A stretch of 64,000 nt of DNA. Source: Alphaproteobacteria bacterium. Lineage in GTDB: Bacteria; Pseudomonadota; Alphaproteobacteria; UBA8366. Below, in pieces: positions 46,982 to 56,891 of the stretch (positions are counted from its first letter, which is position 1; each line of letters begins with the position of its first letter). The DNA lies in assembly GCA_049601975.1 (NCBI GenBank), contig JBMYRC010000001.1, forward strand, positions 18,041 through 82,040. The letters run 5' to 3'. The translations under genes and the position numbers were made by a program. Below the pieces are notes generated by a model that ran no database searches, had not been told where the DNA came from, and worked only from the letters and a program-made list of their open reading frames with translations.

Positions 46982-49558
46982 ATGGATAAAGTCGAACCCT
47001 GCCGCCTCGATCTCTGCGCAACTTTTCGCGACAATCCATTCGGGCCGCATGGGCCAGAGCTGCAGACACTCATCAAGCTGTTACGGTGGGAGCGGATTGA
47101 GAGCCGCTATATTCTCGTGCAGCCGAAGCGGAATGACCCGTGGTACCTGGCCCATACAACGGGGCCGAAGACGCATCCGCTTGAGCTTTTTCGAGATCAA
47201 GGTTTTTCGGATCTGAAGTCCGCCTATTGGGCCCTATTCAAGGCACGGTGGGAGGCGAATACTGGCGCTCGGTTGATCCTGGACGGCCTCGATGATCCAG
47301 TGATCCCGCGCCCCGGTGAAGGCGAGTTGACGACATCAGCCGCCGATCGGCCAATTCTGTCCTATAGCGACGTGTTCATTGTGAGGGGCGGAGAGCGCAT
47401 CGAGTTCAAGGTCAGTGCGGAAGGCGACATGGCCTATCACGCAGAAATCGTGCGCCTGCGCTGTGGTGACGGAACACTGGAGGGCCCCGCATTCCAGGAA
47501 ATTCCCGTCGAGACATCGGTCAACGGGGATTATCCGGCACGCCATCAATCAATCGATGCGGGCTCCTACGTCGAAATCGGACAAGCGGAAGCTTTTGGTT
47601 TGGATAGTTTTACTCTCCAAGCCCGAATTTGGCCGACGACCCCTGGCAAGGGGCCGCAAGCACTCCTTGCGAATTGGGATCACGCGACGACGAAGGGCTT
47701 CGCGCTCGCTATTGACGATGAGGGCGGCTTATCGCTCTATATGGGCAACGGGAAGGACCTGTTTATTCTGGGAACTGGGGTCCCGCTGCTGGAGCGGCAA
47801 TGGTATCTCGTGGCGGCGAGTTTCGATGCTGAGACGCGACAAGTCTGGGTCGGGCAACGGCCTTTCACTCAATTGCCTTATGACGACACGACTGCAAGCG
47901 GGCAGTCCGGTGTCGATCTGACACCAATAGCAGGGCCAGGTTTTCGAATTGCTGCTTGGCATGGCATGGATGGTGATCGACAAGCGTCGACCGGCCATTA
48001 CAACGGCAAGATCGATGCGCCGGAGGTCGCGCTTCGGGCACTATCACATGGTGAGCGCGATGCGTTCATGGAACATGCAGTGGCTGCCGATCTCTCCGAC
48101 GCTCTTGTGGCGCGATGGGATTTCTCGCGAGAAGTGTCGGGGACGCGGGTTATCGACGTCTCCGGTAACGATCATGGCGGGGAGACGGTCAATCTTCCGA
48201 CCCGTGCAATGAAAGGTTGGAACTGGGATGGCAGCGAATTTAACTGGACCCGTAAACCGGAACATTACGGCGCCATTCATTTCCATGATGATGATCTCTA
48301 CGATTGCGGCTGGAAGACGGATTTCGCCCTCGACGTGCCACCTAAATTGGAGAGCGGCATCTATTGCGCCAAGTTGACCCGTGATGCGCATGAAGATTAT
48401 TGCCCCTTTGTTGTGAGCCCGCCAGTCGGTCAAGCCCGCGCGCCATTGGCATTTCTCCTGCCGACGGCGAGTTATTGGGCTTATGCAGATCGCCATAGTG
48501 AGATTGAATGGCGAGAGCGGGAGAACGTCACCGGTTACTGGGCGGCAGTCGATCCGTCCGCGCTTTATCTTCACGAACATCCGGAGCTCGGTTGCTCCCT
48601 TTACGATGAGCATTCGGACGGATCGGGCGTCTGCTATTCCTCGCGTCTGCGGCCCATCCTCAACATGCAGCCAAAGGAAAAGCTCTGGCAGTTCGCCGCC
48701 GATACGCACATCACGGATTGGTTGGAGGCCAAGGGTATCGATTACGATGTGATTACCGAGGATGACTTGGATATCCACGGCTATGAGTTGTTGCGACCCT
48801 ATAAATGCGTGATGACCGGCACGCATCCGGAATATCCCTCGCTTCGTATGCAGGAAGCCTACGAGACTTATAAAAACGAAGGCGGGCGGTTTGTCTATTT
48901 CGGCGGCAATGGGTTTTACTGGCGGGTCTCCTATCATCCGGAATTGCCGGGCGTTCTGGAGATGCGGCGCGCCGAGGACGGTATTCGCTCCTGGATGGCC
49001 GAGGGCGGTGAGTATTATCACAGCTTTACCGGAGAACTCGGCGGTATGTGGCGGCGCATGGGGCGAGCTCCGCAATCGGTGGCGGGTACGGGCATGGCGG
49101 CCCAGGGTTTCGACTTTTCCTGTCATTACAATCGAACAGAGGAGAGCTTCGATCCGCGTGCGGCATTCATCTTCGATGGCATCGGCGCGGACGAGAAAAT
49201 TGGAGATTTTGGCGTTCTCGGCGGTGGTGCCGCCGGGTGGGAGATCGACCGGGCGGACACGGCTTTGGGCACACCGCCGCATGCCCTGATCGTGGCGACG
49301 GCAACCGATTTCACGTCGGCTTATCATTGGGTGAAGGAAGAATTGACCCATACGCATTCCGCCAATACCGGACAGACCAGCCCGATGGTGCGTTGCGATA
49401 TGGTGTTTTACGAGACACTGAAGGGTGGTGCGGTCTTCTCATCGAGTTCGATTGCGTGGGCGGCGGCGCTTTCCCACAATGACTACAACAATAACGTGTC
49501 GCGCATATCGGAAAATGTGGTTCGAAGGTTCTGCGAGACTTCGACAGGCTCCGAATGA
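46982..49558 (+). CDS. Large (858 aa) N,N-dimethylformamidase large-subunit-like protein with a LamG/ConA-like region
   Basis: Recognition is by overall resemblance only (LamG-like segment FTLQARIWPT...ALLANWD...GFALAIDDEGGL; C-terminal GGNGFYWRVS...GGAAGWEIDR). The family call is moderate, and a hypothetical-protein call is the alternative. Confidence 0.5.
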   Translation: MDKVEPCRLDLCATFRDNPFGPHGPELQTLIKLLRWERIESRYILVQPKRNDPWYLAHTTGPKTHPLELFRDQGFSDLKSAYWALFKARWEANTGARLILDGLDDPVIPRPGEGELTTSAADRPILSYSDVFIVRGGERIEFKVSAEGDMAYHAEIVRLRCGDGTLEGPAFQEIPVETSVNGDYPARHQSIDAGSYVEIGQAEAFGLDSFTLQARIWPTTPGKGPQALLANWDHATTKGFALAIDDEGGLSLYMGNGKDLFILGTGVPLLERQWYLVAASFDAETRQVWVGQRPFTQLPYDDTTASGQSGVDLTPIAGPGFRIAAWHGMDGDRQASTGHYNGKIDAPEVALRALSHGERDAFMEHAVAADLSDALVARWDFSREVSGTRVIDVSGNDHGGETVNLPTRAMKGWNWDGSEFNWTRKPEHYGAIHFHDDDLYDCGWKTDFALDVPPKLESGIYCAKLTRDAHEDYCPFVVSPPVGQARAPLAFLLPTASYWAYADRHSEIEWRERENVTGYWAAVDPSALYLHEHPELGCSLYDEHSDGSGVCYSSRLRPILNMQPKEKLWQFAADTHITDWLEAKGIDYDVITEDDLDIHGYELLRPYKCVMTGTHPEYPSLRMQEAYETYKNEGGRFVYFGGNGFYWRVSYHPELPGVLEMRRAEDGIRSWMAEGGEYYHSFTGELGGMWRRMGRAPQSVAGTGMAAQGFDFSCHYNRTEESFDPRAAFIFDGIGADEKIGDFGVLGGGAAGWEIDRADTALGTPPHALIVATATDFTSAYHWVKEELTHTHSANTGQTSPMVRCDMVFYETLKGGAVFSSSSIAWAAALSHNDYNNNVSRISENVVRRFCETSTGSE

Positions 49559-49605
49559 CCGGACACTTTCGAATATCTGTTTCCTAATTTTGGGAGAGAA
49601 CTGAC

Positions 49606-51063
49606 ATGGGCACGGACTTGCACTTTAAGACGGCCGTTGAACTGGCGGCGATGATCCGCGCGAAGGAAATCGGCTGTGCGGATCTCCTGGAGCATTTTCT
49701 GACGCGCTGCGACAGGCATAACGCGGGCTTGAATGCGATCATCGTCTGGAAGAGGGATGAGGCGCGCGCGCGGGCACGGCAGGCAGATGAGGCACTGGCC
49801 AAGGGTGAGGTGTGGGGACCGCTTCACGGTGTGCCCATGACCATTAAGGAGAGCTACGATTGGGAAGGCACGGCCACCACATGGGGCGTGCCGGAATTGA
49901 AACACAATATTGCACGCAAGAATTCTGTCGTCGTCGAGCGAATGCTGGCAGCTGGCGTCGTGCTTTTTGGCAAGACCAATGTCCCGTTGCTGCTTGGCGA
50001 TTGGGAGACCTTCAACGAAATATATGGCACGACCAATAATCCTTGGGACCTCACACGGGTACCGGGCGGGTCCTCCGGGGGTTCGGCCGCGGCCTTAGCT
50101 GCGGGGTTGACCGGTATTGATTCAGGTAGCGACATCGGCGCTTCGATCCGCAACCCGGCGCATTACTGTGGTGTCTACGGTCACAAGCCGACCTGGGGTC
50201 TTGTTCCCTTACGGGGACAGGCGCTGCCGGGGTCTCTGTCTCATGCGGATATCTCCGTCGTGGGACCGTTGGCGCGGGGTGCCGAGGATTTGGCGGTGGC
50301 GCTCGAAGTCATGGCGGGACCCGATGCGCTGGAGGCTGACGGTTACAAGCTCGATTTGATTAAACCGGAGAAAAAGAAACTCTCCGATTTCCGTATCGCC
50401 GTTATGGTGAGCGATGATGTCTGCCCCGTGGACAGCGAATATGCAGATCGTATTCAAGTGGTCGCCGACGCTTGCGCCAAAGCGGGGGCAACGGTCGATG
50501 ATACGGCACGTCCTGCTATCGATATGGCGAAGTCCCATGACATTTACATTCAATTGCTGCGCGGCGTCACGACGGCTCGCTTGCCTGTCGAGGTGTTCGA
50601 TGAGAACAAGCGTCAAGTGTCTGCCCTTTCGGAGAATGACGAGGGCTACGAAGCGCGGAACCTGCGGGCGTCGGTGCAGTACCACCGGGATTGGATGGCC
50701 GCGAACGAGTACCGCACTCACATGCGCTGGGCCTGGCAAGCCTTCTTCCAACAATGGGATGTTCTGCTTTGCCCGACCGCATCCTCGGCCGCTTTCCCGC
50801 ACGACCAAAAGGGTGAACGCTGGAACCGTACGATCCCGGTGAACGGTGTGCCGCAAAGCGCAGTCGACCAATTGTTCTGGGCGGGCATGTCCGGCGTTGT
50901 CTTGTTGCCCTCGACCGTGGCGCCTTCGGGCCTCACCCGCTCGGGCCTGCCCACCGGCGTGCAGATTGTTGGGCCTTCCATGCACGATCTGAGGACCATC
51001 GACTTCGCACGGTTGTTGGGCGAGGAAATTGGAGGCTTTCAGCCGCCGCCGGGATATGATTGA
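49606..51063 (+). CDS. Amidase (amidase-signature family)
   Basis: GGSSGGSAAALAAG...GSDIGASIRNPA signature. Confidence 0.9.
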   Translation: MGTDLHFKTAVELAAMIRAKEIGCADLLEHFLTRCDRHNAGLNAIIVWKRDEARARARQADEALAKGEVWGPLHGVPMTIKESYDWEGTATTWGVPELKHNIARKNSVVVERMLAAGVVLFGKTNVPLLLGDWETFNEIYGTTNNPWDLTRVPGGSSGGSAAALAAGLTGIDSGSDIGASIRNPAHYCGVYGHKPTWGLVPLRGQALPGSLSHADISVVGPLARGAEDLAVALEVMAGPDALEADGYKLDLIKPEKKKLSDFRIAVMVSDDVCPVDSEYADRIQVVADACAKAGATVDDTARPAIDMAKSHDIYIQLLRGVTTARLPVEVFDENKRQVSALSENDEGYEARNLRASVQYHRDWMAANEYRTHMRWAWQAFFQQWDVLLCPTASSAAFPHDQKGERWNRTIPVNGVPQSAVDQLFWAGMSGVVLLPSTVAPSGLTRSGLPTGVQIVGPSMHDLRTIDFARLLGEEIGGFQPPPGYD

Positions 51064-51950
51064 TGACGGAGGAAAAACCACACATCGCCTTTATCGGGCT
51101 TGGCTTAATGGGTGCGGGATTTACGAAACGCCTTATCGAGCTCGGCTATGAGGTGACCGGACACGATGTGGACCCGGCAAAGATGACAGCAGCATCAGAG
51201 TGGGGTGTAAAGTCCGCTGGTAGTGTTGCCGAGGCCGTTCAAGAAGCTGATATCGTGCAAATCTGCGTGCTGGAAACATCGTCCGTCCGAGACATCGTTA
51301 TCGGAAAAGGCGGTATTGTGGAGACAGGACGGGCGGGGGCGGTGGTAGTTGATCACGGGACGACCGTATTGGATGTGACGCGAGAGATGGCGGAAGAGCT
51401 TGAGCGCTGTTGCGGAATGGCATGGGTGGATGCGCCGGTCTCCGGGGGGCCATCCGCGGCCGAAGACGGCTCACTCGCGATCATGGCCGGTGGTTCAGCC
51501 GACGCCATCGTTAAGGTAAACAACCTGATGGAAGGTTTGTCGGGGGTCTTCACGCATATGGGCGATGTCGGTGCGGGACAAATCACCAAAATGGTGAACC
51601 AGGTATTGGTCCTCACGAACTACTGCATCATTGCAGAGGCGGTGAAACTTGGTGAAGCGGGTGGTGTCGACGTCTCGAAAATTCCAGAAGCTTTGGCGAC
51701 GGGTCACGCTGGCAGTAACCTGTTGAACGCCTTAGTGCCGCGCATCGTTGAGCGCGATTTCCAGCCGATGGGTCGTGCCAAGCAGATATTAAAGGACTTC
51801 GATATGTTGCACGACCTGACCAAAGGCTTGGAAGCGCCGTCGCCGATGGCGGATCAGGCGCGGACGCTGTTCCGGCTTCTCTGCGCACGCGGTCATCAGG
51901 ATTTAGACGGCACGGCGGTTTTCAAGTTATACGACGAGCCGCCCGTATAA
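51063..51950 (+). CDS. NAD(P)-dependent oxidoreductase (3-hydroxyisobutyrate dehydrogenase family)
   Basis: IAFIGLGLMGAGFTKRL Rossmann motif. ATG 51063 overlaps the amidase stop (TGATG). Confidence 0.8.
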   Translation: MTEEKPHIAFIGLGLMGAGFTKRLIELGYEVTGHDVDPAKMTAASEWGVKSAGSVAEAVQEADIVQICVLETSSVRDIVIGKGGIVETGRAGAVVVDHGTTVLDVTREMAEELERCCGMAWVDAPVSGGPSAAEDGSLAIMAGGSADAIVKVNNLMEGLSGVFTHMGDVGAGQITKMVNQVLVLTNYCIIAEAVKLGEAGGVDVSKIPEALATGHAGSNLLNALVPRIVERDFQPMGRAKQILKDFDMLHDLTKGLEAPSPMADQARTLFRLLCARGHQDLDGTAVFKLYDEPPV

Positions 51951-52004
51951 GCTCGGTCTTGGGGCTTGGTTGAAAGCTTCTTCTATTTTGTCGAACTCAC
52001 GCGC

Positions 52005-52928
52005 TTACGTTTCGATCCGGTAGTATCGTTTGGCGTTGTCATGGAAGAGTTTGCGTTGTGCCGATTGGCCAAGCTCTTTGGTAATCTCGCGAAAGCCGTC
52101 GAAAATTGTATCGTAACTCGCGACCAAGCTGTCGACCGGAAAATTGCTGGCGAACATGCAGCGTTCGACGCCAAAGATCGCGATAGTTGTCAGCACGATA
52201 TTACGGTTGAGCTCGACGGTCCATGCTTCACCCGGCATGCCAATACCGGAAATCTTAACGGCCGTGTTGGCAACGTCCGCCAGCGCTTCCATTCCTGCAC
52301 GCCAGCCCAATAGACTGCGCTCGCTACGGTCGGATGGCAGACCGGTATGGTTCAGGATGATCAGGGTGTCCGGAAAATCACGCGCTAAATCCCTCGCCTC
52401 CTCCAAATGCCACCAGGGCACCTGCAAATCGTAATGAAGGCTGTGTTTGGCCATGATGGCATAGCCTTCCCGGAATTTAGGATCGCTCATCGTACCGGGC
52501 GCGCCAGAGATGACTTGATCTTGGGTCGCCGCCGCCACCGGCTTTTGTCTGATACCACGTATGAGGGGATAGGCCGCGTGGCCTGCCAACACGGTGTTTA
52601 TGTCGTCCCGGCAGAACCAGGCTTGGCCGATGATCGCGCTCGGTACGCCGTCAGCCTCGGCGACGCAATGGAGCCAATCCGTTTCGGCAACCGGATCATC
52701 CGTCGACCATTCAGCCTCCATATGGACGGAAGCAACGACGTTTTGGCGGTTGTTGTCTTGCCGAAATTCGGCGGGCAGGTAATTGCGGCAGATCGAGCTG
52801 TAATCCCCGTATCTGAAGGTTGGGATTATCTCATCTTGCAGCCAAGGGTAGCGGCCGCTCGTCAAATCCCAGAGATGATGATGTGCATCGATGATGGGGA
52901 AAGGCGTGGACACGGGCTGCGACCTCAA
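52005..52928 (-). CDS. Amidohydrolase-2 family (TIM-barrel metal-dependent hydrolase)
   Basis: IIDAHHHLWDL N-terminal metal-binding motif and LNHTG, FASNFP motifs. Confidence 0.8.
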   Translation of the reverse strand: MRSQPVSTPFPIIDAHHHLWDLTSGRYPWLQDEIIPTFRYGDYSSICRNYLPAEFRQDNNRQNVVASVHMEAEWSTDDPVAETDWLHCVAEADGVPSAIIGQAWFCRDDINTVLAGHAAYPLIRGIRQKPVAAATQDQVISGAPGTMSDPKFREGYAIMAKHSLHYDLQVPWWHLEEARDLARDFPDTLIILNHTGLPSDRSERSLLGWRAGMEALADVANTAVKISGIGMPGEAWTVELNRNIVLTTIAIFGVERCMFASNFPVDSLVASYDTIFDGFREITKELGQSAQRKLFHDNAKRYYRIET

Positions 52929-52967
52929 ATGGCTGTGACGTCGCCAAGTGTAAAGGTGCTATCCGCC

Positions 52968-54440
52968 CTAGAACAGAGCGCGCAATCCCCAAAACAACAC
53001 GGCGGCGAGCAGCGCGGTTGCGGGGACCGTAATAACCCACGCAGAGGCGATCGTGACCACGTGTTGGCGGCGCACCAGGCGCCGGCGCTTCGCGCGTTCT
53101 TCCAGGTCCATCTTCTCCCAGAATTTCTTATCTTTTCGAAACTGGCCGTGATTGATATGGGTTCGCCGTGCGGTCTGCCATTCTCGGAAAAATCCGACGC
53201 CGAATACCGCGCCGACCGCGATGTGGGTTGAGCTGACCGGCAGGCCGAGCGCCGAGGCGATCAGGACTGTGATAGCAGCGGAGAGCGCCACGCAATAGGC
53301 CCGCATCGGGTTCATCTTCGTGATCTGGTCGCCGACCATTCGGATCAAGCGTGGACCGAATAGCGCCAATCCGATGGCAATGCCGACGGCGCCGATACAC
53401 ATGACCCAAAACGGGATCGCGACACTTGTCGCAATAGCGCCGGAGGAGGCGGCAGAGACAATTGCCGCGAGTGGGCCAACCGCGTTTGCAACGTCGTTCG
53501 ATCCGTGGGCAAAAGACAACAACGCGGTCGAACAGATCAGTGGGATCGTAAACAACGTGCGGATCGATTTATTGCGATTTTCCATTCCCGTCGCCTGGCG
53601 TTCGATAATAGGCTTCAGGATTAAATAAGTTGCGGCGCTGATCGCGATCGAAACCGCGGTGATCATCCAAGGTTCGGGCTTCCAAACCCTCTTCAGTCCT
53701 TTCAGCATTAGGTATGCGGCGAAAACTCCAGCCATGATCGCGACGAGGACTGGAACCCATCTTTTCGCTCCCGCGATTTTGTCCTCGCGATAGACGATGA
53801 AGGTTTTGATGAAGGCCAGAAATAAGGCTGCGATGATGCCTCCCAGTACTGGGGAAATTACCCAGCTCGCGGCGATCTTGCTCATTGTTCCCCAATTGAC
53901 GATGGCGAACCCGGCGGCTCCAATACCCGCTCCCATGACGCCGCCTACGATGGAATGCGTCGTCGATACCGGTGCGCGCACATATGTGGCGATGTGAATC
54001 CAGAGAGACGCCGCCAACAAGGCGGATAGCATGGCCCAAATAAAAGTCAGTTCGCTGTCGAATGAGTCGACTGAGATGATGTTCTTGGAAATTGTTTTGA
54101 CGACATCTCCGCCTGCGATTAACGCGCCGGCCGCTTCGAATATGGCGGCAATTGCCAATGCGGCACCCAGTGAGAGCGCTTTCGAGCCGACTGCCGGACC
54201 CATGTTATTGGCAACATCGTTCGCGCCGATGTTCAGCGCCATATATGCGCCACATACGCCGGCGGCAATCACAAAGGGTCCGTAGACGTGTTCGCCGTTA
54301 GTCACCGATGTGATGAGATAGACGATCACCAGGAAAAGCAGCGCGACACCGGAGTTCGTGAGGAAGCGTCGGTTGGTCCGAGCTGCTGATTCAATGTGGC
54401 GCAGTTTTGCGAGGTCTTTAGTCAGCGTTTCTTTATACAC
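52968..54440 (-). CDS. pit: Inorganic phosphate transporter (PiT family)
   Basis: Duplicated GANDVANNMGP / GSNDVANAVGP PiT signature motifs and about 10 TM segments. GTG start. Confidence 0.85.
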   Translation of the reverse strand: MYKETLTKDLAKLRHIESAARTNRRFLTNSGVALLFLVIVYLITSVTNGEHVYGPFVIAAGVCGAYMALNIGANDVANNMGPAVGSKALSLGAALAIAAIFEAAGALIAGGDVVKTISKNIISVDSFDSELTFIWAMLSALLAASLWIHIATYVRAPVSTTHSIVGGVMGAGIGAAGFAIVNWGTMSKIAASWVISPVLGGIIAALFLAFIKTFIVYREDKIAGAKRWVPVLVAIMAGVFAAYLMLKGLKRVWKPEPWMITAVSIAISAATYLILKPIIERQATGMENRNKSIRTLFTIPLICSTALLSFAHGSNDVANAVGPLAAIVSAASSGAIATSVAIPFWVMCIGAVGIAIGLALFGPRLIRMVGDQITKMNPMRAYCVALSAAITVLIASALGLPVSSTHIAVGAVFGVGFFREWQTARRTHINHGQFRKDKKFWEKMDLEERAKRRRLVRRQHVVTIASAWVITVPATALLAAVLFWGLRALF

Positions 54441-54624
54441 AGTCCGAATTTCTTGTCTGATGATGGGTTAGTGGATTTGCTAGGTGCCTTAAAATGGAGA
54501 AGTCATCACAAAATTGTAATGCTGAACAATATGTTTATGTAGGGCGTTGTTTTAATGACATAAATCGATACTAGTGCGGAGGATGCGAAGCATGAGTGCA
54601 GAATGGAACTGTCGAATCGAGAGG

Positions 54625-55314
54625 TTAATCTTCCTCATCAATGGCGTAACCCGCACCGCGAACCGTACGAACGATATCCTTCAATCCTTTAATGTTCAGC
54701 GCTTTCCGTAAACGGCGGATATGGACGTCGACCGTTCGACTTTCGACATAGACGTCCCGGCCCCAAGCGCGGTCCAACAATTGTTCTCTTGAGAACACGC
54801 GCCCCGGTCGTTCCATGAGGACACGAAGCAAACGAAATTCGGTCGGCCCGAGATGAATGGCCTGATCGTTTCGGCTGATACGATGGCGGGCTAAATCCAT
54901 GCGGATGTCGGAGTATTCTAACACTTCTGCCGCGATTTCTGGGTGGGAGCGCCGCAAGACGGCCTGAACTCGAGCGATCATTTCATTCGGCGAATAGGGT
55001 TTGACCATATAGTCGTCTGCGCCGTTCTCAAGGCCGCGCACTCGGTCTTCTTCTTCGCCTCGCGCGGTCAGCATGATAACCGGTGTGAGTTTTGTAAGCT
55101 GTTGGGCTTTTAAGCGTCGGCAAATTTCAATACCGGAAATATCTGGCAACATCCAGTCGAGAATAACGAGATCGGGCTCTTCTTCTTCCGCTAGCGTCAG
55201 GGCCTCCTCTCCAGCGGGTGCGACAGAAATTCGGAACCCCTTTTTTTCCAGGTTGTAGCGCAAAACTTCGACTTGCGCCGGCTCATCCTCGACTATCAAT
55301 ATTAATGGGTTCAT
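54625..55314 (-). CDS. phoB: Phosphate regulon response regulator PhoB
   Basis: Receiver domain (LIVEDE...DLVILDWMLPDISG) plus an OmpR-type winged helix. Located in the pst-phoU-phoB operon. Confidence 0.9.
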   Translation of the reverse strand: MNPLILIVEDEPAQVEVLRYNLEKKGFRISVAPAGEEALTLAEEEEPDLVILDWMLPDISGIEICRRLKAQQLTKLTPVIMLTARGEEEDRVRGLENGADDYMVKPYSPNEMIARVQAVLRRSHPEIAAEVLEYSDIRMDLARHRISRNDQAIHLGPTEFRLLRVLMERPGRVFSREQLLDRAWGRDVYVESRTVDVHIRRLRKALNIKGLKDIVRTVRGAGYAIDEED

Positions 55315-56057
55315 GGTTGCGCGCTTTCGCGGTCATTCTCAACATCGTCTGGATTGACGACAGTCGTGCTCGAATGGTCACCTTTTAGTCTTTCGTCATG
55401 CGGCATCTTGCCGTGCACCATGAAATGCACTTGTTCGGCGATACTGGTGGTATGGTCACCAATCCTCTCGATATTCTTCGCGACGAACAAGAAGTGTGTG
55501 CACGGGGTAATAAATCTTGGATCCTCCATCATGTAGGTAATGAGTTCCCGAAAGAGGCTCGTGTGTAACAAATCGACGTCCCGGTCGCGTGCACGAACAT
55601 CGCCCGCCTTTTCTGCGTCACGTTCGATATATGCGTCCAGCGCGTGATTGATCATATCTTGAACAAGATCACCCATCCGAGAGACTGTTTTCAGAGGCCC
55701 CAGCAGCGAGGGGCCGTTCTTCAAGACAATTGTGCGTTTCGAGATATTCTTTGCGTAATCACCAATTCGCTCGATGACGCTGGAAATTTTGATAGCGGAT
55801 ATCACGATCCGCAAATCGGCGGCCATTGGCTGCCGAAGAGCGATGAGTTTTACAGTGAAGTCGTAAATTTCCTTTTCCAATGCGTCGATTCGCTTGTCCG
55901 CGGGGATGATGCGCTCGGCCGCTTCAACGTCTTTTTTGCAGAGTGCTTCAACACTGCGCGCGAGCTGAGATTCTGCCAGACCTCCCATTTCCGCGATCAT
56001 GTTGTCGAGGCGACTGAGATCAGTGTCGAATGACGACACAATGTGATCGTTGCTCAT
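55311..56057 (-). CDS. phoU: Phosphate signalling complex protein PhoU
   Basis: Two PhoU repeats with ERIGD motifs (VIERIGDYAKN and NIERIGDHTTS). Confidence 0.9.
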   Translation of the reverse strand: MSNDHIVSSFDTDLSRLDNMIAEMGGLAESQLARSVEALCKKDVEAAERIIPADKRIDALEKEIYDFTVKLIALRQPMAADLRIVISAIKISSVIERIGDYAKNISKRTIVLKNGPSLLGPLKTVSRMGDLVQDMINHALDAYIERDAEKAGDVRARDRDVDLLHTSLFRELITYMMEDPRFITPCTHFLFVAKNIERIGDHTTSIAEQVHFMVHGKMPHDERLKGDHSSTTVVNPDDVENDRESAQP

Positions 56058-56072
56058 GGTTCTCGTCTCCGG

Positions 56073-56891
56073 TTAGCCGAATCGGCCAGTTATGTAATCC
56101 TGGGTCCGCTGCTCTCGCGGGTTGGTGAATATCTGTTCCGTGTCGCCTACTTCAACGACGTCGCCCAAATGGAAGAAAGCAGTACGCTGTGATACACGGG
56201 CCGCTTGTTGCATGGAGTGGGTCACAATAACGATCGTAAAATTCTTGCGCAGCTCATCGATAAGTTCTTCGATTTTTGCCGTGGCGATCGGATCGAGCGC
56301 GGAACAAGGTTCGTCCATCAAGATCACTTCAGGGCTCACCGCAATCGCGCGAGCAATGCAAAGGCGTTGCTGCTGGCCGCCCGAGAGTGAGGTGCCCGGT
56401 TCGCTGAGACGGTCCTTTGCTTCGTTCCATAGTCCCGCACGTTGCAGGCTACTTTCAACGATCTCGTCGAGTTCGTCTTTTGTCGCCGCAAGCCCGTGTA
56501 TTCTGGGACCATAGGCCACGTTATCGTATATTGATTTTGGGAATGGATTTGGCTTCTGGAAGACCATTCCAATCAGCGCGCGGAGTTGTACGACATCTAC
56601 AGAGCGTCTGTAGATGTCGTTCTCGTCCAATAGAATTTTCCCTTCGACCCGACATCCGTCAATAACGTCGTTCATACGGTTGAGGCAACGAATGAAAGTC
56701 GATTTGCCGCAGCCGGATGGACCAATAAGCGAGGTTACCATTCGGCTTGCGACGTCGAGGTCTATTCCGAATAGAGCTTGTTTCGCGCCATAGAAGACAT
56801 CAACACCACGTGCCGAAATCTTCGTATTAGGTCCCGTATCTGTCGCAGTGATATTCAGGTCTTGTGAAATTGGTTGTGTCAATTTGGACAT
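56073..56891 (-). CDS. pstB: Phosphate ABC transporter ATP-binding protein PstB
   Basis: Walker [10 protein letters not shown], signature LSGGQQQR and Walker B ILMDEP. ATG 56891 overlaps the pstA stop (TAATG). Confidence 0.95.
   Translation of the reverse strand: MSKLTQPISQDLNITATDTGPNTKISARGVDVFYGAKQALFGIDLDVASRMVTSLIGPSGCGKSTFIRCLNRMNDVIDGCRVEGKILLDENDIYRRSVDVVQLRALIGMVFQKPNPFPKSIYDNVAYGPRIHGLAATKDELDEIVESSLQRAGLWNEAKDRLSEPGTSLSGGQQQRLCIARAIAVSPEVILMDEPCSALDPIATAKIEELIDELRKNFTIVIVTHSMQQAARVSQRTAFFHLGDVVEVGDTEQIFTNPREQRTQDYITGRFG

Noticed and set aside
48044-49357. 437-aa ORF antisense to the DMFase-like gene. Similar long shadow ORFs occur at 50209..51081, 33504..34382, 33829..34641, 52407..53231 and 15556..16257.
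   Set aside because: Their translations are Arg/Gly/Pro/His-rich and low in complexity, with no recognisable motifs. Each lies entirely opposite or out of frame to a gene with strong family signatures, which is typical of GC-rich shadow ORFs.
54441-54624. AT-rich 184-bp spacer between phoB and pit, examined for Pho boxes, a terminator or an sRNA (single TGTCAT at ~54555 on the minus strand).
   Set aside because: There is only one isolated half-site with no 11-bp-phased partner. I found no convincing hairpin with a U-tract and no conserved structure I can recognise.
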